Assembly (NCBI GenBank): GCA_017882375.1
Contig: JADGPP010000003.1
Span: forward strand, 9,961 to 73,960
Reading direction: 5' to 3'
Source: Solirubrobacteraceae bacterium
GTDB taxonomy: Bacteria > Actinomycetota > Thermoleophilia > Solirubrobacterales > Solirubrobacteraceae
Length of the DNA: 64,000 bases
Shown here: one piece after another, positions 63,116 through 64,000 of the stretch
Layout of the letters: every line of letters starts with the position of its first letter
Numbering within the stretch: the stretch's first letter is position 1
The notes under the pieces: model-generated
Database searches by the model: none
What the model saw: the letters and a program-made list of their open reading frames with translations, nothing else
What the model was told of the DNA's origin: nothing
Translations under genes and position numbers: made by a program

Positions 63116-63197
63116 CGGTTGTAAACATCCGTTACACACGGCGTGTTTGCGGCGTGGTAGCATCCGGTTGTAACAAACTTCGAGGACCGGGTTACAA
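63104..63197. promoter_or_regulatory. Cluster of five GTTACA/TGTAAC-like sites upstream of 63293
   Basis: GTTACA at 63104, 63131 and 63191; TGTAAA at 63120; TGTAAC at 63169. Confidence 0.45.
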
Positions 63198-63292
63198 ACA
63201 GGTGTTCGATCCCGGGGAAACGGGTATCGAGGACCGACCGCAAACCCGCAGCCTCCTCGCACAGGCGAGGAAGAAGAGGAGAACCACTCCAG

Positions 63293-63841
63293 ATGGCCAC
63301 CGCGAAAACAACCTCCCCCCGCAGCACGAAATCGGCGAAAGCCGAAAAACCGGCTCGTAAAGCCGCCAGCGCCGGCCGCACGCCCAGCGCCACGCAGGCC
63401 AAAGCGTCGCACGCCAAGGGCGCGCGCACGCGTACACTGCACCAGACCGAGTCGGCCGTCCGTCAGGCCGAAACCGCCACGCGCGAGACCGCCGGCGTGT
63501 TCGGCAACTACGCTGAGCGCGCTGTGCTGATCCCGGTCGGCGCGGCACTCACGGCCCGCGACAAAGTGGTCTCCGGCGTCAGCGACACGATCTCCACGTA
63601 CTCGACCTCGACCAAGGCCCAGGCCCAGATGCGTCGCTTCGAGCGCCGTGGCGCGACCGCGCGCAACCGCCTCGAGCGTGAGGTGCGCAAAGCGCGCGTC
63701 CGCGTCGAGCGCGATCTGCGCCAGCGCCGCCGCGAGATCGAGAAAACGGTCTCAGAGCTCGAAGAGAACGGCAACGACCTGGCCAACAAGGTGCCGGAGC
63801 TTGCCAACCGCGTGCAGGAGCGCGTTCTCAGCCTGGTCTAG
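63293..63841 (+). CDS. Hypothetical protein with Lys/Ala-rich N-terminus and C-terminal coiled coil
   Basis: GAGGAG ribosome-binding site; ERAVLIPVGAAL core; R/E-rich heptads. Confidence 0.8.
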   Translation: MATAKTTSPRSTKSAKAEKPARKAASAGRTPSATQAKASHAKGARTRTLHQTESAVRQAETATRETAGVFGNYAERAVLIPVGAALTARDKVVSGVSDTISTYSTSTKAQAQMRRFERRGATARNRLEREVRKARVRVERDLRQRRREIEKTVSELEENGNDLANKVPELANRVQERVLSLV

Positions 63842-63938
63842 GCAAACCAGCTTCCCCCGCCCGGCTCGGAGAGACCGGTAGCGGGAAAGTCTGTCGGCCT
63901 CATATCCCGCCGGCAGTAGTAGCACCCTCTCCTCCCTC

Positions 63939-63972
63939 GACTCGCGGGGCGGTCCCCATCGCCCCGCGAGTC
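63939..63972. terminator. Strong hairpin, likely terminator
   Basis: GACTCGCGGGGCG, 8-nt loop, CGCCCCGCGAGTC, then ATTT. Confidence 0.7.
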
Positions 63973-64000
63973 ATTTAAACGCCCGGCCTCCGGGCCTGTT

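Noticed and set aside
63845-63938. Possible structured ncRNA downstream of the last gene
   Set aside because: Only weak, competing pairings (CCCGC/GCGGG) and no recognisable family motif; needs an Rfam/Infernal search.
1-64000. tRNA or rRNA genes
   Set aside because: No cloverleaf with T-loop GTTCRA and acceptor stem, and no rRNA conserved motifs, in any intergenic region.

Overview
A very high-GC actinobacterial chromosome window (about 70% GC by eye). Gene content and style fit Thermoleophilia/Solirubrobacterales, which is an inference. It is mostly core metabolism and repair: biotin carrier end, sucCD, DtxR regulator, LigC plus Prim-Pol, gpsA, gpgS, DUF1998 helicase, GH2, a complete hypCDEABF [NiFe]-hydrogenase maturation operon with no structural genes in the window, fumC, type-2 ileS, trxA, polX, otsB, tatA, pstSCAB, a PilB/GspE ATPase, a YhaM-like HD protein and PAC2. 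I found no rRNA, tRNA, CRISPR array, transposase or integrase. The most interesting signals are: (1) an unannotated dispersed REP/REPIN-like element (core GTA[A/G/T]ATACCAT[G/C]GCTATCG) at five intergenic loci, as hairpin doublets, a tandem array and a MITE-like inverted pair; (2) a lower-GC DUF488-DUF488-dual-OB-like three-gene cassette; (3) a stand-alone UvrD-2B-like plus Fe-S PD-(D/E)XK nuclease with no helicase motor; (4) two paralogous exported proteins built from an unnamed repeated domain; (5) several apparent pseudo-enzymes; (6) a 41-nt junction duplication that inserts a translationally coupled 14-codon mini-ORF between pstC and pstA. Many start codons were refined using -10 boxes 6-9 nt upstream (leaderless pattern). 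All family assignments come from motif recognition, not database searches.
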